Shown here: positions 26,508-38,490 of the stretch, piece by piece
Position numbering within the stretch: the stretch's first letter is position 1
Layout of the letters: each line of letters starts with the position of its first letter
Assembly: GCF_001194135.2 (NCBI RefSeq)
Contig: NC_068990.1
Span: 87,372,502-87,436,501 of the forward strand
Reading direction: 5' to 3'
Length of the DNA: 64,000 nucleotides
Source of the DNA: Octopus bimaculoides
Lineage: Eukaryota
Made by a program: the position numbers and the translations under genes
Notes under the pieces: generated by a model
The model's input: the letters and a program-made list of their open reading frames with translations, nothing else
Databases searched by the model: none
What the model was told of the DNA's origin: nothing

Positions 26508-26935
26508 CTAAGTCACCATAGTCAAGCTGGCACATGATAAAAGATACTCCAGCCGTGACATCCCATCCTCTGTTTCCAAGCCTAGTGATGTCTCTGATAC
26601 CAACATCTAAAGTATCTCCATACATATAATACAGGAGGGAGTGATACGAGGGAGTTTGGCTGTTATTTCTAACTGGCCGAGAGACCACCATACCTCTACA
26701 AAATGCAGCAGGATTTGCAAACTACGTATTAAAACATCATGCGATCAATCTTCTTCAAATTAACCGAGCAACAAGTAACATATTTTAAAATAATTAACGT
26801 TTATGATTAACAGCAAATGACATTAAACTTAATCGCTGTTATCTTGCGTTATCTGTTGTTAGGTACTTACAATCGCACATAGCGACAAACGCCAGTAGTG
26901 GGCAGTCAATTAATTTGGAATTAACACACACACAC

Positions 26936-26978
<43 letters not shown>

Positions 26979-28319
26979 NNNNNNNNNNNNNNNNNNNNNN
27001 NNNNNNNNNNNNNNNNNNNNNNNNNNNNNNNNNNNNNNNNNNNNNNNNNNNNNNNNNNNNNNNNNNNNNNNNNNNNNNNNNNNNNNNNNNNNNNNNNNNN
27101 NNNNNNNNNNNNNNNNNNNNNNNNNNNNNNNNNNNNNNNNNNNNNNNNNNNNNNNNNNNNNNNNNNNNNNNNNNNNNNNNNNNNNNNNNNNNNNNNNNNN
27201 NNNNNNNNNNNNNNNNNNNNNNNNNNNNNNNNNNNNNNNNNNNNNNNNNNNNNNNNNNNNNNNNNNNNNNNNNNNNNNNNNNNNNNNNNNNNNNNNNNNN
27301 NNNNNNNNNNNNNNNNNNNNNNNNNNNNNNNNNNNNNNNNNNNNNNNNNNNNNNNNNNNNNNNNNNNNNNNNNNNNNNNNNNNNNNNNNNNNNNNNNNNN
27401 NNNNNNNNNNNNNNNNNNNNNNNNNNNNNNNNNNNNNNNNNNNNNNNNNNNNNNNNNNNNNNNNNNNNNNNNNNNNNNNNNNNCAAAAAAAAAACAAAAA
27501 AACAAACAAAACCCCTCTTCAGATGCCGAATCTGCAACGCGATTTCGAACTTAGGCAACAGGTTTGTTTCACTTCGTTGAACTTTTTTTCAGCTCACTTA
27601 CACCATGTATGAATTCATGGATATCATAACCCTCCAAAGGAGCTTCCAAATTTGCCCTGACTGAAAATAGCAGTCAAATCTTCAATTCTCACCTTACCGT
27701 CTTCATAAAGGAAGAACATATTGAATACTTTAATCTGGGGAACATAATACCTGGAAGCATACCGGATGGTCATGAACGGAATGTCTTTGAGTATGTGTTT
27801 GCATAATCAGGCTATGAAGCTTAAAAAAGAAAAAAACAACATTAATGTCGCCATGTAATCGCCCCTTCTTCGTGACGTATTAAAAGGGAATGGAAAATAA
27901 ATCAAAGATTTCACTTAGGAATACTTTGAAATGTTTTACAATGAACTAAACGACCTTCTTAATTAGATCTCAGAAAGAATTTATTTAATCAGACAGAGAA
28001 AATATTCTTTCCATTCGCCTACATATTTCTAGATAATTCTTGGCCTCTCAGAAAACTCTAGTCACACAACAGCTATAATTTAATAGACACTCGTCTAATA
28101 ACATTTTTCTAATAAAAATAATATGCATTTTACTGCGTATTAATAGAAATCATCAGTCGTTTTTTTTCCCCTTTAATCTACGCACGGAGTAGCTGTGTTG
28201 ATGGGGGTCGGTAAAATAATAGCCAATAACAGGGATCAATAAAACTGATTACACCTTCTTCCGAAAATGTCTAGCATTGTGTCTAGCTTCGATATCCTTA
28301 TCATTTAAGAAGAATTAGA

Positions 28320-28660
28320 GCAGTGATTTGGCGAAATCGTTGAGAAAAAAAAATGTCTTGCGTTATTCATTCCGGTTTATTAGGTTCTGAGCTCAAATCC
28401 CGCTGAGGTCGGCTCTGCCTTTCATTTCTCAGAGGTCGATATAATAAAGTACCAATCAAGTACTGGGATCGATGTAATTGTCTAACCCACCTTCCACTAA
28501 CTCTACTGGCTTTGCCTTTCATCCTTTCGGGGTCGATTAAATAAATACCAGTTACGCACTGGGGTTGATATAATCGACTTAATCCGTTTGTCTGTCCTTG
28601 TTTGTCCCCTCTGTGTGTAGCCCCTTGTGGGCAGTAAAGAAATAAGAAACGTTAGCACAC
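28320..28660 (+). mobile_element. Old SINE-A copy followed by a younger 5'-truncated type-1 copy
   Basis: Decayed copy 28320-28500; young part 28509-28660 ends AAGAAATAAGAAACGTTAGCAC. Confidence 0.8.
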
Positions 28661-28928
28661 CGAAGACCTTGCTTAGATACTTGCAACAGTATGAACCTCG
28701 CTAACGACATCGAAGGGTGGAAATGTTAAACCGGGTGGCGTATTAAGTATAATACACCGAAGCTAAGTGCTATAGCATCGATCACCCTGATCGGGAAGAG
28801 CTAAAAAGGTGATGAGCATTGGTTCTCCTCCTTATAGTATTATGTGAGGGTGTATGTGTATATTTACATGTATGTATGTGTGTCTATATCTCGCTCTCTC
28901 CCTCTCTCTCTCTCTCTCTCGCTTTCTA

Positions 28929-29138
28929 CAGGGTGTCCACAAAGTCTGGGTACATGTGGATTAACACATACTTCAAGAAATTATCATTTCTTATATATAA
29001 TTGTTTGTTATGATTTTATTTACTCCATGTACCCACATGGAGATTAACACATGCTTTAAGAAATTATTATTTCTTATATTTAATTGTTTATGTTATGATT
29101 TTATTTACTCCGTGTACCCAGACTTTGTGGACACCCTG
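28929..29138. mobile_element. Tc1/mariner-derived MITE, 210 bp
   Basis: Perfect 26-bp TIRs CAGGGTGTCCACAAAGTCTGGGTACA (28929-28954 / 29113-29138), TA at both flanks; interior is a ~85-bp tandem duplication. Confidence 0.9.
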
Positions 29139-29490
29139 TATATACACATATATATATATTCTGAAAGTGAGAGAGACAGAGAGGGAGAGCGGCTGACATA
29201 TGAAGAGATAACGATAGATAGAGAGAAAGATAATGAGGTTGAGGTGACAGATAGGGATAGAATGAATGCGGGTGTTTGCTCTCGTCTTGATACATCTTGA
29301 TAACTTGCGTCGTCTAATCGAGATTAATTTGTGTCACACGTTCCATTCACTGCTGTTGTCTCTGCACTAAAAATTAAATCACGTTTCTGTCAAGATTAAT
29401 TGACAGAAAAGGTAGTCCGGATAGCGCATTACCAGCACTAACAGTATAGTATACGCCAGAATATCAGTAGATGAACACTACATATTGGTT

Positions 29491-29530
<40 letters not shown>

Positions 29531-29538
29531 TGCTATGT

Positions 29539-29872
29539 TGAGGCGCAATGGCCCAGTGGTTAGGGCGTTCTGAGTGTTTATTGAGCGAAAACACCTAAAG
29601 CTCCACGAGACTCCGGCAGGGGATGGTGGCGAACCCTGCTGTACTCTTTCCCCACAACTTTCTCTCACTCTTACTTCCTGTTTCTGTTGTGCCTGTAATT
29701 CAAAGGGTCAGCCTTGTCACACTGTGTCACGCTGAATCTCCCCGAGAACTACGTTAAGGGTACACGTGTCTGCGGAGTGCTCAGCCACTTTCGCGTTAAA
29801 TTCACGAGCAGGCTGTTCCGTTGATCGGATCAACTGGAACCCTCGACGTCGTAAGCGACGGAGTGCCAACAA
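29539..29872 (+). mobile_element. SINE family C with internal head deletion and TSD
   Basis: 12-bp TSD TTTATGCTATGT at 29527-29538 and 29873-29884. Confidence 0.92.
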
Positions 29873-30214
29873 TTTATGCTATGTAGTAATTTTTATGCAA
29901 CCCAGCAGCTGATAAGAGGTTTCCAACGAGCCATTCACTGGTTCGCCACATTTTTCGGACGGCGAAATTGACAAGGAAACGTCAATATATATAAGAAACA
30001 AGTTAAAAATAATGGTCATTACATATAATTCCTTTATTTGCGCAAATTTGGCTTACAGCAGTTTCCGGTAGTCATTATACGTACGTCACTGATAGGTTTA
30101 CTCAATTGGTCTATCGATCAATTGAGACAAATTGACCGATCTTAGAAAAATTAATGCTACTTTCGTCATAGAGCTTATGAAGTATTTGGCCGGATTAATA
30201 ATCCCTCACTATTT

Positions 30215-30260
<46 letters not shown>

Positions 30261-31112
30261 NNNNNNNNNNNNNNNNNNNNNNNNNNNNNNNNNNNNNNNN
30301 NNNNNNNNNNNNNNNNNNNNNNNNNNNNNNNNNNNNNNNNNNNNNNNNNNNNNNNNNNNNNNNNNNNNNNNNNNNNNNNNNNNNNNNNNNNNNNNNNNNN
30401 NNNNNNNNNNNNNNNNNNNNNNNNNNNNNNNNNNNNNNNNNNNNNNNNNNNNNNNNNNNNNNNNNNNNNNNNNNNNNNNNNNNNNNNNNNNNNNNNNNNN
30501 NNNNNNNNNNNNNNNNNNNNNNNNNNNNNNNNNNNNNNNNNNNNNNNNNNNNNNNNNNNNNNNNNNNNNNNNNNNNNNNNNNNNNNNNNNNNNNNNNNNN
30601 NNNNNNNNNNNNNNNNNNNNNNNNNNNNNNNNNNNNNNNNNNNNNNNNNNNNNNNNNNNNNNNNNNNNNNNNNNNNNNNNNNNNNNNNNNNNNNNNNNNN
30701 NNNNNNNNNNNNNNNNNNNNNNNNNNNNNNNNNNNNNNNNNNNNNNNNNNNNNNNNNNNNNNNNNNNNNNNNNNNNNNNNNNNNNNNNNNNNNNNNNNNN
30801 NNNNNNNNNNNNNNNNNNNNNNNNNNNNNNNNNNNNNNNNNNNNNNNNNNNNNNNNNNNNNNNNNNNNNNNNNNNNNNNNNNNNNNNNNNNNNNNNNNNN
30901 NNNNNNNNNNNNNNNNNNNNNNNNNNNNNNNNNNNNNNNNNNNNNNNNNNNNNNNNNNNNNNNNNNNNNNNNNNNNNNNNNNNNNNNNNNNNNNNNNNNN
31001 NNNNNNNNNNNNNNNNNNNNNNNNNNNNNNNNNNNNNNNNNNNNNNNNNNNNNNNNNNNNNNNNNNNNNNNNNNNNNNNNNNNNNNNNNNNNNNNNNNNN
31101 NNNNNNNNNNNN
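30261..31112. other. Assembly gap (largest); other large N runs at 7601-8002, 9082-9749, 21499-21660, 25486-26210, 26979-27483, 38493-38597, 43738-43909, 50853-51072, 55185-55566, 62523-62582
   Basis: N runs, mostly abutting microsatellites, typical of a short-read scaffold. Confidence 0.98.
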
Positions 31113-31154
31113 ATTTATTTATTTATTTATTTATTTATGTGTGTGTATATGTTT

Positions 31155-31372
31155 GTGCGTCTGTGTTTGTTGCCCCAACATCGCTTGACAGCCGATGTTG
31201 GTGAATTGAGGTCCCCGTAACTTCGCGGTTCGGCAAAATAGACCGATAGAATAAGTACTAGGCTTACAAAAAATAAGTCCAAGGGTCGATTTGCTCGACT
31301 AAAGGCGGTGCTCCAGCATGGCCACAGTCAAATGACTGAAACAAGTAAAAGAGTAAAAGAGTAAAGAGTATA
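31155..31372 (+). mobile_element. SINE family B 3' domain (head probably in gap)
   Basis: GTCCCCGTAACTTCGCGGTTCGGC...GAAACAAGTAAAAGAGTAAAAGAG tail. Confidence 0.88.
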
Positions 31373-32421
31373 AGGAAGTATAATGGATGTTTATGAAATT
31401 CACAGTTAGTAAAAAACATAGATTTTTCTTTAAAAAAAAGGTATGAGCCACACCACTGATAAAAAAAAATCAAAGGATGTAAAAATAACCGACTTGATAT
31501 AAAACCACGGCATAGTGACGCTAGTATTATTTTACATTTACTGTGATCTAAAATCATAGTAATCTAAAAATAATAACTGGATTTAAAATTATGGTATCAT
31601 GAGATTAGTTTCACTATCATTCAACATTGGCAGAGAATCTTTTTATGGTAGAGGGCCATAGTTAACTGTCATCTAACAGGTTGCATTAAAAATATTCTAT
31701 ACGACTAAATTTTGTTTATTTTATAAAATGTACTATTCATATAAACTGTAACAAAATATAAACAAATTATAACTTGTATACTTAAGTTTTAAAATCAATG
31801 TTTGTCGTCATAGCAAAACGTACTTAAAAATATGCTCGGTCGCTCAAAAGGGATGCATAAGGTGACAAATCAATGGTAATTACACATGTATGTGTTTCTA
31901 AAATATACAGCCAGTTGGAAAGATAGGCTTTTAAAAACATCAACAAAAATCTATTCCAATGTAATGATTTCCTTCCAAACGCTGTATTCCTTTGAGAAGG
32001 CAGCACGCAATCTTTCGAAGGTCGTACGTTCCCCGCCACTGATCTAAAATCATAGCATAAATTTAGCTTCAATGTAATGCAATGTAAAAATAACAACCTT
32101 ATCTGAAATCCAAAACTCTAAGAATCGCCAATTACAGGTTAATTTACATTTTCAACTCATGATATTTGAGACGTTTGTAGGAACCAGGCAGCCAGCGACA
32201 AAGTTTCTGATTTCTGTCCGACCGTTTTATCAGATAAAGTAGGAGAGGGTGGACGTGTTCCAGTGTCTTCGCCTCACAATCATTTGTAGTGATGCTGAAA
32301 GTGTCTTGGGTTACTTCTATTGATAATGACAAAAGTATTAGCCTTGTATTTAACTTCTAATACAAACCAAAGCAATGTAAAGCTAACAACCTCATTTAAA
32401 ATCATGGTATCATGGGATATC

Positions 32422-32466
<45 letters not shown>

Positions 32467-32488
32467 TTATATATATATATATATATAC

Positions 32489-32801
32489 ATATAATTTAGA
32501 GAAGAAAAACCACAATTCTTGAATTCATCCATGAAAATCCATAGTCATATATAGAAAAATTTAATAAGTAAATACACTAAAAAGACCTATAATAAAAATA
32601 CAAAGTAATAAATATTAAAATAATAAAATAGTATTTTATTATTTTATTATTTTGATATTTATTTTATTATTTTAATATTTATTACTTTGTATTTTTATTA
32701 TAGGTCTTTTTAGTGTATTTACTTATTAAATTTTTCTATATATGACTATGGATTTTCATGGATGAATTCAAGAATTGTGGTTTTTCTTCTCTAAATTATA
32801 T
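32489..32801. repeat. Apparently perfect 142-bp inverted repeat with 29-bp spacer
   Basis: 32489-32630 is the reverse complement of 32660-32801; symmetry axis constant, no indel seen. Confidence 0.9.
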
Positions 32802-32909
32802 ATTTATATGTTATATATTGTGAAATTTAATTTAGTTTTAATTTTGATAAATTAAATTAAATTGAATTTGTACCTGTAAATTTGGATTTTTATCCCTATT
32901 ATTATTACC

Positions 32910-32982
<73 letters not shown>

Positions 32983-33412
32983 CATTTAATTCTGATATTA
33001 ACATCCGAATACATCATTAGTTCTCGAAATATTGGAAAGTTCACTAATATTCCTGTGAATTGCAAATATTGTACTCAAGCTAAATTTAATGAATAAGTTG
33101 TGAAATTGCTGTGAAATTCCTATTGCTTTGGCAGGAAATAAAATTATATGCCATTGTCTTTCTTACTTTTTATCTAGTTGAGTCAGGATTTAACTGAGTG
33201 TCTCTCCTACTATCAAAAGCTCGCAATCGCTTAGAAATTGTAAGACGTGATCTTCGTTTGGTTCTATCAATCACGAGTCCAGATATTCGAAAAACTGCGA
33301 AGCCGCATCAGCTACAAACGTTTTACAGAATAAGTACAATTAAAAGATACATATATCCTTTATGCTTATAAATTTGTGTTGCAAGATGTGAAATCGTGTG
33401 TTGAAACAGATA

Positions 33413-33773
33413 TTGTTGTATTTCGGGATGGTCAATTTGTTTTCGCCAAATAAACACACGCACTATATATTCGTTCTTCAGTCATTTATTACTGTTCTTA
33501 TTTTAACTCATGTCCATTGACCGGAAATTTCTCGTCACACATCTGCGACCTCTTCTGCGACACCTTTCGTCTTCGTGCGTGCTCCTGCTCCGCTTAGTCC
33601 ATTCTGTTCTTCGCTGAAGAGGTTACAGATGTGTGGCGAAAGATTTCCGGACAACTGGACATGAGTTAAAATAGAACGGTAATAAACGAATGAAGAACGA
33701 ATATATAGTGCTTGTGTTTATTTGGAATAAATTTGGCAAAATGAAAAAAAAAACCCATCCCGAAGTACAACAA
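33413..33773. mobile_element. Foldback element, probably Penelope-like pLTR remnant (diverged inverted arms)
   Basis: 33413-33560 is an imperfect inverted copy of 33611-33773 around a 50-nt spacer; both arms carry hammerhead-like cores. Confidence 0.65.
33610..33651 (+). ncRNA. Minimal type I hammerhead ribozyme candidate
   Basis: TTCG-CTGAAGA-G-GTTACA-GATG-TGTGGC-GAAA-GATT-TC-CGGA: intact core, 6-bp stem II, short near-palindromic stem III, UC cleavage site, 4-bp stem I. Confidence 0.55.
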
Positions 33774-34582
33774 AATATTTTTCATATTTTGCTAAAAATA
33801 TTATATTTTTAGACTCAAAAAAGTAATCAACTTTTAGAAGTTATTTATCTTCTGAGTGTCAAGAGATGTTTATTTTTAAGAGTGTTACATCGAGCAAATG
33901 ACGTATGAGTATAGATGAATTTTTTTATCGAACCCACAAGATATTTTTGCTTTTGTGAAGTAGAATAAGAGATAATAAATGAACAGTTAATAGACATTGA
34001 TTTTTCGTGGAATTTTAACATTTATCAGTGTAAATGTTTGTTCAAAAATTGCTTGCATTTAAAGTATCACTTTATAAATATTCATAGAAATATATTTCAT
34101 AATAATAAACGTAAATTATACCAATTTAAAATTTCGTTATTATTTGATACATTTTTATAAATTCTATTTTTATTAAAGGCTTTTAATTTTTTCAAAGGTG
34201 ACTTGTTTCTACTATTAACCATTTGTTACAAAACTGAGGAGGTGTTTTTTTTTTTCGCTAATAATGTGTTGGGGGCCACAGAAACATTCAAGATTTCCAA
34301 GTCGGAGAGGGAGTATGAGTTTGGAAAACACTGCTCTAGACCATCCTGGAGAAACTGTTACTCGCATACGCTGCAGAAGTCTCATGAAAACGTTATATAT
34401 TCAATAGGACCATTTATACAATTAAATATTTCATAAAAAGACCTTTTAATATAATTATATATTCAAACATTCAAAAGGATATTTGTTAGTTTATATATGG
34501 ACGAAATAATAAACTAGTGTATTGAACAACACCACTCCATACTGTAGATAGATTAATGATATACATATACATACATACAAAC

Positions 34583-34644
<62 letters not shown>

Positions 34645-34661
34645 NNNNNNNNNNNNNNNNN

Positions 34662-34709
<48 letters not shown>

Positions 34710-34832
34710 GCATACTACATTCATGCATATATGTATACACACAAACACATTCACACCTACATAATACACACACACACACACATACACACGTACACACACA
34801 CACGCACACACACAAACACACACACACATACA

Positions 34833-34878
<46 letters not shown>

Positions 34879-35139
34879 CATACACGTACACAGTATTTAA
34901 AAATATTAGCCATTTTAGTAAATATAAAGAAGATTTTGTACAGAAGTACTTGATGCAGGTTGGCCCAGTCTGAGCAGACCAATGATGAAAAGCCTTTCAG
35001 CCATCTTCAACCAGTCTTCATGTATAAGATATACATACAAACAATCTGGTGCATACACACACACACACACACACACACTTTTATTCTTTTACTAGCTTCA
35101 GCTGGAGCACGCCCGTTAGTTTCGCTACACTCATTTTTT

Positions 35140-35690
35140 GAAACCTCCTCTGATATGTGGCATTTGGTGAATGAGGGAGTTCTGATGCTGCTCCCCTCAT
35201 CAGCGTTTCCTGCCACAAAGCAGATTCATCCGGGACTCTTGACAGCAGGAGACTGAGTTTTGTTTTGAAGATACCTACATCCACCCTATATAGGTCCCCT
35301 AAGTTTTGAAGAGGATATTGAAAAGCTGTAGGCTCTTGCAACCCGAGCTCTTGCTGTAGCTGGGTCCTGTATCTTGATGGCAATGCTGGGGTTTTTGGAA
35401 TTATGCAGTAGCACCCCTGTTCTGGTTTTTGCGCGACTTTCAATGTGCAAGTTCTTTCAGGATTTTCCGAATGTATAATTCTGCATATCTTTCCTGCTTA
35501 AGTTCTAGGGAGTGGAGTCTTAACTTTTTCAGCCTTTCCCAGGAGCTGACATGTTGAGACGATCTTCTTTGTCGAGCTTCGCACGATTGCTTTGAGTTCT
35601 TCCGTTAACTTTACACTGTATGCGGACCATAGCTGGGAGTAGTAGTCTAAATGGCTCTGGTCAAATGTTCTCCATGGTTCCCTGTTCTCT
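35140..35690 (-). mobile_element. CR1/L2-group LINE, RT C-terminal 3' fragment
   Basis: Minus motifs SHLDYYSQLWSAYSVKL, QHVSSWERLKKLRLHSLE, CIIPKTPALPSRYRT, VDVGIFKTKLSLLLSRVPDE. Confidence 0.8.
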
Positions 35691-36530
35691 CGCTTTGAAA
35701 GTTCAAAGGATCCAACCGACCAGCAGCCTCGTTAATTTAGCCGTGTTGTTCTATCACCACTAGCATCTCATACTTTCAACAACGAGATTCTTCTTATACC
35801 TACCTACATGGTAACTACCTACATGGCATATTAAAAGCAGTAATATTTGGTTTGAGTTTGATTTGATAACTACTTCTAGCCGATCAACTGCTAAGGGCAG
35901 CGGTTCACATCCCTCTAGTATTGCCCTGTATTTTTATAAATAATCTTTTATGTTTTTGTTTTAAATATTTGAATAAAATACAATTTTCCAACCGTTAAAT
36001 AAAATCTTAACTAAATTAAATAAAATATCAGCCTTTTAAATCTTCCTCTTGTCTCTGAGAAGCATTTATAAACTAAACTGTCAAATCCTGGTCACCTATA
36101 TCTGTGAATAACGCAATGCTGAAATGCATACCCAGACGTATTCTATCGTCAAAACATCTTTGCGAAAAGCAGCAATAAATATAATTGAATATAGTCTAGA
36201 AACAATGAGACTAAATTGCATTTGTGTTTTTGCTCACCTTTTTTCAAGAATTTAATTTCAACGTTTTCCAAGAATCGAGAAACAGCATTTGCTAATAATT
36301 TGTTAAACCTCGCAATCATCTTGTTGCGGAAGTAGAGCTTGTTGACTAAATTAAATCATCAAAACTCAGTCAAATTCGAAGAGCTTCTAAAACCTTTTTT
36401 AAAAAGTTTCTAAACGAATATATTCCAATCAAGGTGAAATTAGCACATTAGTTTCTCGTTGAAATATTTCTTAGTTATTTTACTAAACGTTCTGTTGTGG
36501 CTCTTAGTCCTATGTCTTACACATTATTGT

Positions 36531-36784
36531 GGAGGCGCAATGGCCCAGTGGTTAAGGCATCGGACTCGCGGTCGTCGGATCGCGGTTTCGATTTCCAAAC
36601 CGAGCGTTGTGAGTGTTTATTGAGCGAAAACACCTAAAGCTCCACGAGGCCCCGGCAGGTGGTGGTAGCGAACCCTGCCGTACTCTTTCAATACAACTTT
36701 CTCTCACTCTTTCTTCCTGTTTCTGTTGTACATGTATTTCAAAGGGCCACTCTTGTCACACACAGTGTCACGCTGAATCTCCCC
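36531..36784 (+). mobile_element. SINE family C, 5' two-thirds, intact tRNA-like head
   Basis: A box TGGCCCAGTGG, B box GGTTTCGATTTCC. Confidence 0.88.
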
Positions 36785-37355
36785 GATATTTTAAATGTTT
36801 CAAAACTATAAGATGAGACCTTTGAGACTCTTTCAGTGTTACACCATGACTCATAAAATGAGACTCGCTTATATACCGGCCGACTCGTCATATAACAAGT
36901 AGAAGGCCTCGTCTATGTTTAAGTCTAGGCCAAGTGTTTGTTTTCTATTTCCTTTCACCTGAAGACACTGGTCTAAAGAAGGAAGTGAAAGTATCTACGT
37001 CACAGAGAAACTCGATCGCTCTCAATCTATTTGCCTTTTTAGCTCTTTGTCTCTCTGTGTCTCTTGCATCTCTCTCGCTCTCGCTTCTCTGACACCATAC
37101 ACTATCTTAGACTATACTGTGTGATGTCTCGAGAGGAATTTAACAGCCGATATTCTTAGCCATTTTTATTGAGATTGGCATGGAAACAGGGCTGTAAAAA
37201 TATATAAACACAGACTTACAAATGTGCGTGTATACACTCATACATGACCATCTTTCTGTTTGTCTACCTACCTACCTACCTTCCTAGTTCTCTATCTATC
37301 TATCTGTCTATAAACACATTATCTGTATATATATAACTACATTATCCGTGTGTAT

Positions 37356-37433
<78 letters not shown>

Positions 37434-37471
37434 GTTTGTCTTTGTATCTATTTGATATTTCTGTCAGTCTC

Positions 37472-37533
<62 letters not shown>

Positions 37534-37672
37534 CTAATCTTTCGTTTGACTTAAAAAATAAAGAATTGAGAGGCCAGTCCTCCCCCCTCCCACCCATGTC
37601 ATTACTCACTGCTTCCATTTCTCTCAACACACACAAATAAATATGTGCGCTCATACTCTTTTNNNNNNNNNN

Positions 37673-37719
<47 letters not shown>

Positions 37720-38100
37720 GAGAGAGAGAGAGAGAGAGAGAAACCCATATAATTTACAATAACTCCAAATAATTAATATCTAAACGTCAGCGAAATTTAA
37801 AATGCCAAAAGCGAGCTAAAATTATTTTCCTATCATTTACTTCTTATATATCACAATATTCCATTGCTATAGTAATAACAATATGGAGAGAATTCAAAAT
37901 AGTTTCTGTGCTAACATTATTGAAACAAATTCGAGACGTACTTGTACAAAGGTTGTTACTGATGTTGTTGTTGTTAGTGACGTCGCTGTTGTTATTGTTG
38001 TTGTTTCGTTCACTTAGGAATATGGATATTTTGTATTATTTTGGTAATGTTGCAGGTCTGAGAACTGAAAAAAATATATAGCAATATATGCGTCGGCAAA

Positions 38101-38490
38101 GGTGGCGAGCTGGCAGAAACGTTAGCACGCCGGGCGAAATGCTTAGCGGCATTTCGTCTGCCGCTACGTTCTGAGTTCAAATTCCGCCGAGGTCGACTTT
38201 GCCTTTCATCCTTTCGGGGTCGATAAATTAAGTACCAGTTACGCACTGGGGTCGATGTAATCGACTTAATCCCTTTGTCTGTCCTTGTTTGTCCCCTCTA
38301 TGTTTAGCCCCTTGTGGGCAATAAGGAAATAAGAAACGTTAGCACGCCGCGCCAAACGCTTAGTGGTATTTCGTCTGTCTTTATGTTCTGAGTTTAAATC
38401 CCACCGAGGCCGACTTTACCTTTCATTTTTTGGGGTCGATAAATTAAGTATCAGTTGCGTACTGGGATCGATCTAATCGACTCCCCCCCC
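38101..38490 (+). mobile_element. SINE-A dimer (type 1 plus head-truncated type 2), runs into gap
   Basis: Junction AAGGAAATAAGAAACGTTAGCAC at ~38322-38345. Confidence 0.88.

Noticed and set aside
31540-32420. Short direct repeats (TGATCTAAAATCATAG at ~31544 and ~32040; ATTTAAAATYATGGTATCATG at ~31581 and ~32394)
   Set aside because: AT-rich and not nested in a way that defines an LTR or TSD.
34250-34338. hAT-like terminus (CAGTGTTTTCCAAAC on minus)
   Set aside because: Partner TIR and 8-bp TSD not found.
36955-37005. CTGAAGA...GAAAG motif
   Set aside because: Stem I does not pair and stem II is weak.
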